Shown here: in pieces, positions 35,756-44,946 of the stretch | Position numbering within the stretch: the first letter of the stretch is position 1 | How the letters are laid out: each line of letters starts with the position of its first letter | Assembly: GCA_045546815.1 (NCBI GenBank) | Contig: JAZQDN010000054.1 | Coordinates: 80,494-144,493 of the forward strand | Reading direction: 5' to 3' | DNA: 64,000 bases | Source of the DNA: Eubacteriales bacterium | Lineage (GTDB): Bacteria > Bacillota > Clostridia > Oscillospirales > QAKW01 | Made by a program: the position numbers and the translations under genes | Notes under the pieces: generated by a model | Database searches by the model: none | Seen by the model: only the letters and a program-made list of their open reading frames with translations | What the model was told of the DNA's origin: nothing

Positions 35756-36505
35756 ATGAGTAGAATTATCGGTATCGTGTCGGGAAAGGGCGGTGTCGGA
35801 AAGACGACGCTTTGCGCGGGTCTTGCCTTTGCTCTTGCCGCACGCGGAAAAAACGTAATAGCTATTGATGGGGATATCGGACTTAAAAACCTCGATATTC
35901 TTTTGGGAATGGTGGACAATGTTGCTTTTGACCTGACTGATATCCTTACAGAGCGCTGTATGATAAGTAAGGCTGTGCAGGTACACGAAAGCTATCCCAA
36001 CCTTCACTTTATCTCGGCATCGCAGAATGCTGATGCGAATGATATTGACAGGGGGCGCTTCCGTAAGCTGTGCAGATACCTGCGCGCGCACTATGACTTT
36101 GTGCTTGTTGATGCACCTGCAGGGCTCGGTGCCGGCTTTAGTAACATAATCGACAGCTGTGACGAGTGTATCGTTGTTGCGACATCTGACCTCACCTCAA
36201 TACGTGATGCGCAGAAGTGCTCGTCTATCGTGTCGGGCATAAACGGACTCACACCGTATCTTGTCCTTAACAAAATCAATCCGCAAATGATATCAAAGGG
36301 TTATTTGCAGAACGTTGATGATATTATCGACAGCGTTTCGCTGCGGCTTTTGGGAATTTTGCCGTCGGACGACAGAATTATTATTCATTCAAACAGCGGA
36401 ACACCGATTATCAGTACAAAAAGCATATGTGCAGGTCCTGTGAAAAATATCGCGGGCAGGCTGTGCGGCGAGGATGTCCCGCTTGATAAAAACTTTCGAA
36501 AATAA
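35756..36505 (+). CDS. minD: MinD/ParA-family deviant Walker A ATPase (orphan MinD-like)
   Basis: 249 aa. IGIVSGKGGVGKTTLCAGLAFALAARGKNVIAIDGDIGLKNLDILLGM and VLVDAPAG. There is no minC or minE next to it. Confidence 0.8.
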   Translation: MSRIIGIVSGKGGVGKTTLCAGLAFALAARGKNVIAIDGDIGLKNLDILLGMVDNVAFDLTDILTERCMISKAVQVHESYPNLHFISASQNADANDIDRGRFRKLCRYLRAHYDFVLVDAPAGLGAGFSNIIDSCDECIVVATSDLTSIRDAQKCSSIVSGINGLTPYLVLNKINPQMISKGYLQNVDDIIDSVSLRLLGILPSDDRIIIHSNSGTPIISTKSICAGPVKNIAGRLCGEDVPLDKNFRK

Positions 36506-36522
36506 GAGGAGGATTACAACCA

Positions 36523-36921
36523 TTGAATATTGCACTTTTAGCCCACGAAAAGAAAAAAGAGCTGATGGTACAGTTCTGTATTGCCTATGCGGGAATTTTC
36601 GCAAAGCATAACTTGTGGTCGGCATCTGCTCTCGGCAATCTTATAACAGACAATACAGGTCTTCAGGTAAACAAAGTACTCAGCGGTGCAGGCGGCGCGG
36701 AAGAACAGATCTCTTCGCGTATTTCCTGCGGTGAGATCGACGTGCTTTTGTTTTTCAGAGACCCGCTCACACCCACCACGCGTATGCGCGAGGAAATGGG
36801 GATTTTACGTCTTTGCGATGTGCACAATATCCCTGTTGCAACAAACATTGCAACGGCAGAGGTAATTGTAATGTCGCTTGACCGCGGCGACCTTGACTGG
36901 ATCGAAATAAGCAAAAAATAA
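36523..36921 (+). CDS. Methylglyoxal synthase-like (MGS-fold) protein, probably non-catalytic
   Basis: 132 aa with a TTG start after a GAGGAGG RBS. MGS-fold motifs IALLAHEKKK, VLSGAGGAEEQ, DVLLFFRDPL and IPVATNIATAE. Catalytic positions are substituted (see findings). Confidence 0.7.
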   Translation: MNIALLAHEKKKELMVQFCIAYAGIFAKHNLWSASALGNLITDNTGLQVNKVLSGAGGAEEQISSRISCGEIDVLLFFRDPLTPTTRMREEMGILRLCDVHNIPVATNIATAEVIVMSLDRGDLDWIEISKK

Positions 36922-36926
36922 ACACA

Positions 36927-36956
36927 GCTCCCAAAGCATTTGGGAGCACGTTTTTT
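36927..36956 (+). terminator. Intrinsic terminator
   Basis: gctccca-aagcatt-tgggagc followed by cacg and then TTTTTT. Confidence 0.75.
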
Positions 36957-37008
36957 GAATAAAAAATTGAAATAATATCTTGTTTTGAATAAAAAGGAGT
37001 TTTAAAAA

Positions 37009-38274
37009 ATGGCAACCATTACAGCGCCCAAGGGCACGGCAGATATTTTGCCCTCGCAGTCGCACAAGTGGCACTACGTCGAAAACATAATCCGCGACAC
37101 CTGCAGGCTGTACGGATTTTCGGAGATCCGTACCCCCGTTTTTGAGCATACCGAGGTGTTTGTTCGCGGTGTGGGTGATACAACAGACGTTGTTACAAAG
37201 GAGATGTACACCTTTGAGGACAAGGGCGGACGTTCAATAACCCTTCGCCCCGAGGGTACTGCGGGTATTGTCCGTTCGTTTATTGAAAACGGCATATTCA
37301 ACGACCCGCTTCCCGCAAAGCTGTACTATCTTATAAACTGCTTCCGCTACGAAAAGCCGCAAAAGGGAAGACTGCGTCAGTTTTCACAGTTCGGTGTTGA
37401 GCTTTTCGGTGCGACAAGCCCGCAGACAGACGCACACGTGATCTCACTTCCGTATGCGGTGTTTGAAAGACTCGGTCTTAAAGATATCGAGCTTAACATA
37501 AACTCGATCGGCTGTAAGACTTGCCGTGCAAAGTACCGTGAGGCGCTTATTGAATACTTTGAAGATAAAAAAGACCGCCTTTGCCCCACCTGCAACGAGC
37601 GTCTTTATAAAAACCCGATGCGTATTCTTGACTGTAAGAGCGACATCTGCGCAGATATTGCAAAGGACGCACCGAAAATACTTGACTATCTTTGCGATGA
37701 CTGTGAAAATCATTTCAACAGCGTTAAAACACTGCTTGACGGTATGGGCATCGCCTATAAGGTGAACCCCTATATTGTGCGCGGACTTGACTACTATAAC
37801 CGCACCGTGTTTGAGTTTATTTCAAACAACATCGGCGCGCAGGGTACTGTTTGCGGCGGCGGCCGTTACGACGGTATGACAGAGCAGCTGGGCGGCGCTA
37901 ACTATGCGGGCATCGGCTTTGCTATGGGACTTGAGCGCATTATGCTGTTGCTTGACGACAGCGTTGTAAGTGCACCCACACCCGATATCTACCTTGCGTC
38001 AATGGGTGAGCGAGCAAAGACAGAGTGCTCACGCATTGCGATGGCGCTGACATCTGCGGGTGTTTCGGTCGAGTACGACCTTATGGACCGCTCACTTAAG
38101 GCGCAGATGAAGTTTGCAAATAAAATCGGCGCCAAAACCGTTGCCGTTATCGGCGACAGCGAGCTTGACTCGGGTATTGTTAAAATCAAAAATATGGCAG
38201 ACGGCACCGAAACCGAGACCGACATATCTGCGATAAATAAAAAATTATTAACGGAGATGACAGTTAATGAATAG
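37009..38274 (+). CDS. hisS: Histidine--tRNA ligase
   Basis: 421 aa. Class II motifs LRPEGTAGIVR, FRYEKPQKGRLRQFSQFGVE and GGGRYDG. Confidence 0.95.
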   Translation: MATITAPKGTADILPSQSHKWHYVENIIRDTCRLYGFSEIRTPVFEHTEVFVRGVGDTTDVVTKEMYTFEDKGGRSITLRPEGTAGIVRSFIENGIFNDPLPAKLYYLINCFRYEKPQKGRLRQFSQFGVELFGATSPQTDAHVISLPYAVFERLGLKDIELNINSIGCKTCRAKYREALIEYFEDKKDRLCPTCNERLYKNPMRILDCKSDICADIAKDAPKILDYLCDDCENHFNSVKTLLDGMGIAYKVNPYIVRGLDYYNRTVFEFISNNIGAQGTVCGGGRYDGMTEQLGGANYAGIGFAMGLERIMLLLDDSVVSAPTPDIYLASMGERAKTECSRIAMALTSAGVSVEYDLMDRSLKAQMKFANKIGAKTVAVIGDSELDSGIVKIKNMADGTETETDISAINKKLLTEMTVNE

Positions 38275-40042
38275 AACTTGCTACTGTGCAGAATTTAATG
38301 ACGCCCTTCTGGGCAAAACCGTAACCGCTTGCGGCTGGGTACAGCGCCAGCGCGACCTCGGCGGACTTATCTTTATTGACCTTCGCGACAGAAGCGGTAT
38401 TGTTCAGCTTCAGTTTGACGAAAACATCAGCAAAGAGGCGTTTGACGCCGCTTTTAAGATCCGTTCGGAGTTTGTACTTGAAGCAACGGGTACTTTGCAA
38501 AAGCGCGGCGGTGCGTTTAACAAAAACTTAAAGACAGGCGAGCTTGAAATTGCCGTAACCGATGTAAAAATCCTCGGCAAGTCAGAGACACCGCCCTTTG
38601 AAATCGTTGAGAACAGCGATGTTAAGGAAGAGCTTCGCTTAAAGTACCGCTACCTTGACCTTCGCCGTCCCGATCTTCAGAAAAACATCCTGCTCCGTCA
38701 TAAGATAGCCAAGGTGACCCGCGACTATTTTGACGAAAACGGATTTATCGAAATCGAAACACCTATGCTTATCAAATCTACCCCCGAGGGCGCGCGCGAC
38801 TATATCGTGCCCAGCCGTATTCATAAGGGTAGCTTTTACGCACTTCCTCAGTCACCGCAGATGTATAAGCAGCTCTGTATGGTATCGGGCTTTGACCGCT
38901 ATATGCAGATCGCGCGCTGCTTCCGTGACGAAGACCTGCGTGCTGACCGTCAGCCCGAGTTTACACAAATCGACCTTGAGATGTCGTTTGTTGATATGGA
39001 GGATGTGCTCGCAATCGGTGAGGGCTATATGAAACGCGTGTTTAAGGAAGTTCTCGATGTTGATATCCCGACACCTCTGCCCCGTCTTACCTTTAAGGAT
39101 GCTATGGAGCGTTACGGCTCGGATAAGCCCGACACACGCTTCGGTATGGAAATCTTCGACTTGACCGACGAGGTGCGCGGCTGCGGCTTCGGCGTGTTCA
39201 CAGGTGCAATTGAGGGCGGCGGAAGCGTACGTGCAATAAATGTAAAAGGCGGCGCGGCAAAGCTTACCCGTAAAGAGATTGACAAGCTCACAGAGCACGC
39301 ACGCGGCATCGGCGCAAAGGGCCTTGCATTTATAAGACTTACACCTGACGGCACCGCCTGCAGCTTTTCAAAGTTTATGACAGAGGATGAGATGAACGCA
39401 ATTCTTGCCAAGGCAGACGCCGATGTGGGTGACGTTGTTCTCATCTGTGCCGACGTTAAAAATTCAATTGTTCTTTCAACACTCGGCGCAATCCGTCTTA
39501 TTGCGGCAGATAAGCTCGAAATCGAAAGAAAGGGCTTTTCACTGCTGTGGATAACAGAGTTTCCCTTCTTTGACTGGGACGAGGACAATCAGTGCTTTGT
39601 TGCAATGCATCACCCCTTTACCTCGCCTATGGACGAGTGCCTCGAATACCTCGAAACAGACAAGGCAAATGTGCGCGCAAAGGCGTATGACCTGGTTCTC
39701 AACGGTATTGAGCTGTCTTCGGGCTCGATCCGTATCACAAACCCCGAGCTTCAGCAGCGTATGTTCGATATGCTCGGTATGACAAAGGAAGAGGCAGAGC
39801 TCAAGTTCGGCTTCCTTATGGGTGCTTTCAGATACGGTGCACCTCCCCACGGCGGTATGGGTATCGGGCTTGACCGTCTCGTAATGCAGATGATAAACGC
39901 ACAGTCGCTTCGTGACGTTGTTGCCTTCCCCAAGGTACAGAACGCATCAGAGCTTATGAGTGAATGTCCCTCCGAGGTATCTCCCGAACAGCTTTTGGAG
40001 CTCGGAATCACACATATTAAGAATGACGAAAAGAATAATTAA
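38267..40042 (+). CDS. aspS: Aspartate--tRNA ligase
   Basis: 591 aa. OB-fold GWVQRQRDLGGLIFIDLRDRSGIVQ, FRDEDLRADRQPEFTQID and GLDRLVM. 8-nt overlap with hisS. Confidence 0.95.
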   Translation: MNRTCYCAEFNDALLGKTVTACGWVQRQRDLGGLIFIDLRDRSGIVQLQFDENISKEAFDAAFKIRSEFVLEATGTLQKRGGAFNKNLKTGELEIAVTDVKILGKSETPPFEIVENSDVKEELRLKYRYLDLRRPDLQKNILLRHKIAKVTRDYFDENGFIEIETPMLIKSTPEGARDYIVPSRIHKGSFYALPQSPQMYKQLCMVSGFDRYMQIARCFRDEDLRADRQPEFTQIDLEMSFVDMEDVLAIGEGYMKRVFKEVLDVDIPTPLPRLTFKDAMERYGSDKPDTRFGMEIFDLTDEVRGCGFGVFTGAIEGGGSVRAINVKGGAAKLTRKEIDKLTEHARGIGAKGLAFIRLTPDGTACSFSKFMTEDEMNAILAKADADVGDVVLICADVKNSIVLSTLGAIRLIAADKLEIERKGFSLLWITEFPFFDWDEDNQCFVAMHHPFTSPMDECLEYLETDKANVRAKAYDLVLNGIELSSGSIRITNPELQQRMFDMLGMTKEEAELKFGFLMGAFRYGAPPHGGMGIGLDRLVMQMINAQSLRDVVAFPKVQNASELMSECPSEVSPEQLLELGITHIKNDEKNN

Positions 40043-40115
40043 CAATTTATTCACGCACCCCCATAATATATATGATATTATATAATTAACTAAACTAACT
40101 TCAGGAGGTTACGCT

Positions 40116-41066
40116 ATGATAGAGGTGAAAAATATCGTAAAGCGCTACGGCGACAAATATGCCGTAAACGATATCTCTTTCACTGTAAACCGTGGTGAGA
40201 TTGTCGGCTTCCTCGGACCTAACGGTGCGGGTAAATCGACAACCATGAATATACTTACAGGATATCTGTCGGCAACATCGGGTTCAATTACTATTGACGG
40301 TGCCGATATTTTGGAAGACCCCATAAAAGCAAAGCAGCTTATCGGCTTTTTGCCCGAGCTTCCGCCGCTTTATATGGATATGACAGTAAAGGAGTATCTC
40401 GACTTTGTTTACGACCTTAAGCGTTGTAAGTTTCCGAGACGTCCGCATATAAACGAGATCTGCGAGCTTATCCAGATAACCGACGTTTATGACCGAATGA
40501 TAAAAAACCTTTCAAAAGGTTATAAACAGCGTGTCGGCTTTGCGCAGGCACTTATCGGCAACCCGCCCGTGCTTGTTCTTGACGAGCCGACTGTTGGTCT
40601 TGACCCGCGTCAGATCATCGAAATCCGCAGCCTTGTCAAAAAGCTCGGTAAAACACACACTATCATTCTTTCAACACACATTCTGCAGGAGGTGCAGAGC
40701 GTTTGTGACCGTATAATTGTTATAAACAAGGGTCACATCGTTGCCGACGGTAACGCAGAGCGTCTTACCCGCACCGTTGCAGGTAACAGAAAATATATCG
40801 CGCGTATCTGCGGACCGAAGCCCGAAATTATAAAAGCAGTCCGCGCAATTGACAGCGTTACATATGTTGAGGCGCTCTCGTCAAAAGAGCCCGGCTCTTT
40901 TGACTATATGATAGAGTCGCACCCCGAGGTCGACATCCGTAAAATGATGTTCTCGGCACTGGCGGCAAAGGGCTGGCCGCTCATCGGTCTTCGCTCGATG
41001 GATATGTCGCTTGAGGATATGTTCGTTCAGCTTATTACAGACGAAACAGGGGAGGAGGTTAAATAA
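40116..41066 (+). CDS. ABC-2-type transporter ATP-binding protein (GldA-like)
   Basis: 316 aa. GPNGAGKSTT, LSKGYKQRVGFAQAL and VLVLDEPTVGLD. Confidence 0.9.
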   Translation: MIEVKNIVKRYGDKYAVNDISFTVNRGEIVGFLGPNGAGKSTTMNILTGYLSATSGSITIDGADILEDPIKAKQLIGFLPELPPLYMDMTVKEYLDFVYDLKRCKFPRRPHINEICELIQITDVYDRMIKNLSKGYKQRVGFAQALIGNPPVLVLDEPTVGLDPRQIIEIRSLVKKLGKTHTIILSTHILQEVQSVCDRIIVINKGHIVADGNAERLTRTVAGNRKYIARICGPKPEIIKAVRAIDSVTYVEALSSKEPGSFDYMIESHPEVDIRKMMFSALAAKGWPLIGLRSMDMSLEDMFVQLITDETGEEVK

Positions 41067-41770
41067 TGTCAGCAATATTTAAACGTGAGCTCCGCTCCTA
41101 TCTTTTGTCGCCTGTCGGCTATTCATATCTGTTTATATATCTGCTTGTTACAAACTATGTTTTCTATTCAAGTAATATCGCGGTCGGCTCGACAGACACT
41201 CTTAACTATTTTGCCTGGACACGTTATATTTTAATTGTAACGATCCCGCTTCTTGCGATGAAGCTTTTCCCCGAGGAACGCAAAAACAAAACAGACCAGA
41301 TTTTAATAACCGCCCCCGTCAGCATAACGGGTATGGTAATGGGCAAGTTTTTTGCGGCATACACACTTTTTGTAATCGGACTTATCCCCACTGTTATCAA
41401 TATGATATTCCTTGCAACAGTCGGTTACCTCGAGGTCGGTATCGTTATCGGTAACTACATCGGTCTTTTGTTTGTAGGTGCTGCATTCCTTGCAATCTGT
41501 ATGCTTATGTCGTCAATCACAGAGAGTATGATAACAGCGTTTATTATGGGCGCGTTTTCACTTGCTGTTTTTGCCGTTGCAGACTATCTTGCAGAAACAC
41601 TTAACAATTCTGTTGTTACAAAGATTGTGGACGCAATCTCGGTAACACGCCGTTATAACGAGTTCAATCAGGGACTTTTCAACGTATCGTCACTGATTTA
41701 CTTTTTGAGCATCGCGGTAATATTTATTTTCATTACCGTGCGCGTAATCGATAAGAGGAGGTGGAGCTGA
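41066..41770 (+). CDS. ABC-2-type permease (GldF-like)
   Basis: 234 aa with 6 TM helices. ATG overlaps the ATPase stop. Confidence 0.8.
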   Translation: MSAIFKRELRSYLLSPVGYSYLFIYLLVTNYVFYSSNIAVGSTDTLNYFAWTRYILIVTIPLLAMKLFPEERKNKTDQILITAPVSITGMVMGKFFAAYTLFVIGLIPTVINMIFLATVGYLEVGIVIGNYIGLLFVGAAFLAICMLMSSITESMITAFIMGAFSLAVFAVADYLAETLNNSVVTKIVDAISVTRRYNEFNQGLFNVSSLIYFLSIAVIFIFITVRVIDKRRWS

Positions 41771-41771
41771 T

Positions 41772-43304
41772 ATGGAAAACAATAAAAACGAAAAAATCGA
41801 AGCTGTTACCCCCGATGAAATAACAGTTCACGCAGTAAAAAGTGAAAAGGCTCCTGCCAAAAAACAAAAATTCTTTAAAACCCGCGGATTTAAGTACGGC
41901 ACCGTTGCTACGGTAATGACTGCGCTTGTTATTGCTGTCGTAATCGCCGTTAATATGATTTTCTCTGTGCTCACCGACAGCTATTCGTGGGCGCTCGACT
42001 TCACATCAACGGGTATGTATGACATATCCGACGAAACAAGACAGGTTGTAAACTCGCTTGATCCGTCTGTTGAAATCAAAATCACCGTCTTTTACGACGA
42101 GACCAACTACCCCTACTATCTTTCAGAGCCGCTCAAGAGATTTTCAAATCTCTCGGATAACATCAATGTTACTTATATAGACCCCGAAAAGAATCCGTCG
42201 GCACTCACGCAGTACGGAACAGAGTACAGCGTTCAGGCGGGCGCGGTCGTTATCCAGAACGGCGAGCGCATACGTGTTTTCAATGTTGATGACTACTTTA
42301 ACGTAGACAACGATACCGGCGCACTCTATATTTATATCGAAGAACGCCTTGCGGCAGGTCTTTTGTATGTAACACGTGAGACCATCCCTGTTGTATACTT
42401 CCTTACAGGTCACGGCGAAGACGGATATTCAAACCTTATGAGCCTTATTGCCAACAACGGTGCAGACGTTAAGGAGATCAACCTGCTCACCGACAAGGCG
42501 GAGTTTTCCGACGAGGGTAAGCTGATGGTTATCTGTAATCCCACCCGTGACTATTCCGAGAGCGAAATCCGTAAAATAAGCGACTTTTTGTCAAATGAAA
42601 ATATGTTCGGCAAAAACCTTATGTATTTCTCGGCAACCGATTCGGTTGACCTTCCCAATCTTCAGAGCTTCTTAAAGACCTGGGGTATTCAGCTCAATAA
42701 CGACATCGTTCTTGACACGGCAGACAACACCTTCCAGAACTATCAGAACGCGCTGTTGCCGACATACACCTCAGAAGAGATTATGAACACGGGTTCAACT
42801 CTGTCTACGGTATCGTCACTTCTTGCACCAAATGCGCGCTCGATAACAAAGGTGTTTGACGAAAACAGCTCTTATAAAACACAGTCGATAATTACAACCT
42901 CTGACACATCGTACAGCAGAGCGTCTGATGCCATCAATCAGGACCTTGAGCGTGACCCGTCTGACAAGAGCGGTCCGTTCGATGTCGGCGTTTTGTCAAT
43001 GATGTATAAGTATATAAACAACGTTCAGGTACAGAGCTATCTGTTTGCGTGCGGTTCGACCGATATGATCGAGTCGCAGTACTTTACCTACACAGGTAAC
43101 GGCGAGCTTTATATGCAGCTTTACAAGCTTATGATGGATGAGCAGGACGACACGATTCTTGCAGCGCAGAAGGCATCGTCTTCATCAGTTGCGACAATCC
43201 CGTCAAGACAGGCAAATACAATGATGGTTGTTACTGTTATTGTAATCCCTGCACTGTTCCTTGTTTTAGGTCTTGTCATCTATATTAGAAGGAGATTTCT
43301 GTAA
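41772..43304 (+). CDS. GldG-like ABC transporter auxiliary protein (ABC_transp_aux family)
   Basis: 510 aa. N- and C-terminal TM anchors flank a large extracytoplasmic domain. Its position after the ABC-2 ATPase/permease pair is typical. Confidence 0.7.
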   Translation: MENNKNEKIEAVTPDEITVHAVKSEKAPAKKQKFFKTRGFKYGTVATVMTALVIAVVIAVNMIFSVLTDSYSWALDFTSTGMYDISDETRQVVNSLDPSVEIKITVFYDETNYPYYLSEPLKRFSNLSDNINVTYIDPEKNPSALTQYGTEYSVQAGAVVIQNGERIRVFNVDDYFNVDNDTGALYIYIEERLAAGLLYVTRETIPVVYFLTGHGEDGYSNLMSLIANNGADVKEINLLTDKAEFSDEGKLMVICNPTRDYSESEIRKISDFLSNENMFGKNLMYFSATDSVDLPNLQSFLKTWGIQLNNDIVLDTADNTFQNYQNALLPTYTSEEIMNTGSTLSTVSSLLAPNARSITKVFDENSSYKTQSIITTSDTSYSRASDAINQDLERDPSDKSGPFDVGVLSMMYKYINNVQVQSYLFACGSTDMIESQYFTYTGNGELYMQLYKLMMDEQDDTILAAQKASSSSVATIPSRQANTMMVVTVIVIPALFLVLGLVIYIRRRFL

Positions 43305-44863
43305 TGGATAACATTCAGGAAAACAAAAAAACCACGCGTCAGGAGCCTGACCTCACTTTAGATACCGAGCAAAAGCCAAAGGCGGCAAACGACGAAAGAA
43401 GCCTTGAGTTTTTGGGTGACCCCAACGCCGCTTTAGAGCAGGTGAAAAAGGATAAGCCCAAAAAATCGGCGCTTAAACGCTTTATGCCGCTTATTGCACT
43501 GGGCTGTATCGTTGTTGTTCTTGGCTTGTCGGTGCTTGTGCTCAAACGCGTTGTACCCGACGGCAAGGACGAAATAGTCACCGAGGAAAAGAAAACAGGC
43601 ATTGAGCTTGTTGACGAGAGCGGTGCTTCAGGCGAACGTCTTGAAATTAAAAATCAGCTTGATGAGTACGCTTTTGTAAGACGTCTTGAAAAAACATATT
43701 ATATTGACGGCAAGCAGGATCTGCCCGTTGCCAACTCAAGAATTATATCGGCAATGACCTATGCGGGTACCGTTTCGGCCGAGACCGAGGTCGCAAAGGG
43801 TGTTACCGACTGGGAAGAATACGGTCTTAAAGACCCTATTGCCACGGTTCGCTGGATAAAGGGTGACAAGAGCCACTATTTTGAAATAGGCGACCTTGCA
43901 CCTTCGGGTAACTATTATATGCGCTTTAACGGCGGCGATACGGTGTACACCTACAGCGCCGATTCTGCGGCGATGTTTATTACTGCGCGCATGGACTACT
44001 ATAATACACGTCTGTTTGCGTACGATTCAGACACTGACGCACCGTATATAAACGAGTTTACGATTACCCAGCGTGACGGCGAGCGCATTGTTGTAAAACT
44101 GCTCGACCTTACGCGCGATGACCTTAATAATGCGTTTTTGATAACAGCTCCCATCGAGCACGCGTTTTCAAACGAAAAGCAGGAGGAGATATATACTCTC
44201 ATCACCGCACTCACAGGTCTTACGGTCTATGATGACGATGTAAGCGCAGAAAACCTTGCAAAATACGGTCTTGATAACCCCAAGTACAGCTTCAGCTTTA
44301 CAAACGTTGCGGTTAAAAACGTAATCCACTTCGGCAACAGATCCGACGAGGGCTACTACTACGCTTACGCAGAGGGTCACGACTTTATTTACATTATTGA
44401 TGAAGAAACCATCAATATTTTAATTCACGATATCGCAACCTACTGTGATACGATGTCATACTCGCGTTCTTACGACACGATTGACACGCTGACAATTCAG
44501 GGCGGCGGAAAAACATATAACATCGATATTCTCGGTACTGCCGATGAGGGTAACCTCAAGGCATACATTAATAATAAATATGTAGAGTATGAAAACTTCG
44601 GTACACTTTATGCTCACATTATCAGTATTGATGTTTCGGACGTCGGTGATAAACCGCAGGGTACAGACCCGCTTGTTACAATAACGGTAAACTGTCTTGA
44701 CGGCACGACCGATGTGCTTAAGTATTACAAGATAAGCGAGCTCAACTCGTTCTTTGAGCTCAACGGCGCGGGCAAGCTGATTGTTCCTACCGCCAAGGTT
44801 GAGCAGATACTCACATTCTCGCAGTACCTATACGACGGTAAAGAAATCGTCCTTGAATGGTAA
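43304..44863 (+). CDS. DUF4340-like membrane-anchored protein
   Basis: 519 aa. A single TM (FMPLIALGCIVVVLGLSVLVL) and a beta-rich ectodomain. This family usually follows gldG-like genes. ATG overlaps the upstream stop. Confidence 0.55.
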   Translation: MDNIQENKKTTRQEPDLTLDTEQKPKAANDERSLEFLGDPNAALEQVKKDKPKKSALKRFMPLIALGCIVVVLGLSVLVLKRVVPDGKDEIVTEEKKTGIELVDESGASGERLEIKNQLDEYAFVRRLEKTYYIDGKQDLPVANSRIISAMTYAGTVSAETEVAKGVTDWEEYGLKDPIATVRWIKGDKSHYFEIGDLAPSGNYYMRFNGGDTVYTYSADSAAMFITARMDYYNTRLFAYDSDTDAPYINEFTITQRDGERIVVKLLDLTRDDLNNAFLITAPIEHAFSNEKQEEIYTLITALTGLTVYDDDVSAENLAKYGLDNPKYSFSFTNVAVKNVIHFGNRSDEGYYYAYAEGHDFIYIIDEETINILIHDIATYCDTMSYSRSYDTIDTLTIQGGGKTYNIDILGTADEGNLKAYINNKYVEYENFGTLYAHIISIDVSDVGDKPQGTDPLVTITVNCLDGTTDVLKYYKISELNSFFELNGAGKLIVPTAKVEQILTFSQYLYDGKEIVLEW

Positions 44864-44871
44864 TGAAATAA

Positions 44872-44901
44872 AAAATCCCCGATTTAATCGGGGATTTTTT
44901 G
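44872..44901. terminator. Bidirectional intrinsic terminator
   Basis: atccccgat-tta-atcggggat flanked by AAAAA and TTTTTT. Confidence 0.8.
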
Positions 44902-44946
44902 TTTGTTCAAAGGATTTCCGCAAAACAGTGGTTTTTGTGAGTATGA

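Noticed and set aside
36922-37008. T-box leaders or riboswitches upstream of hisS-aspS (36922..37008) and metG (48932..49040)
   Set aside because: The intergenic regions are only about 90-110 nt and are partly occupied by a terminator. They have no specifier-loop or T-box (AANNNGGGTGGTACCGCG-like) sequence and no antiterminator/terminator pair.
40116-44863. Gliding-motility interpretation of the GldA/F/G-like genes
   Set aside because: No other gld or spr/T9SS genes are present, and the organism is a Firmicute by all other markers. Only the generic ABC-2 plus auxiliary-protein architecture is shared.
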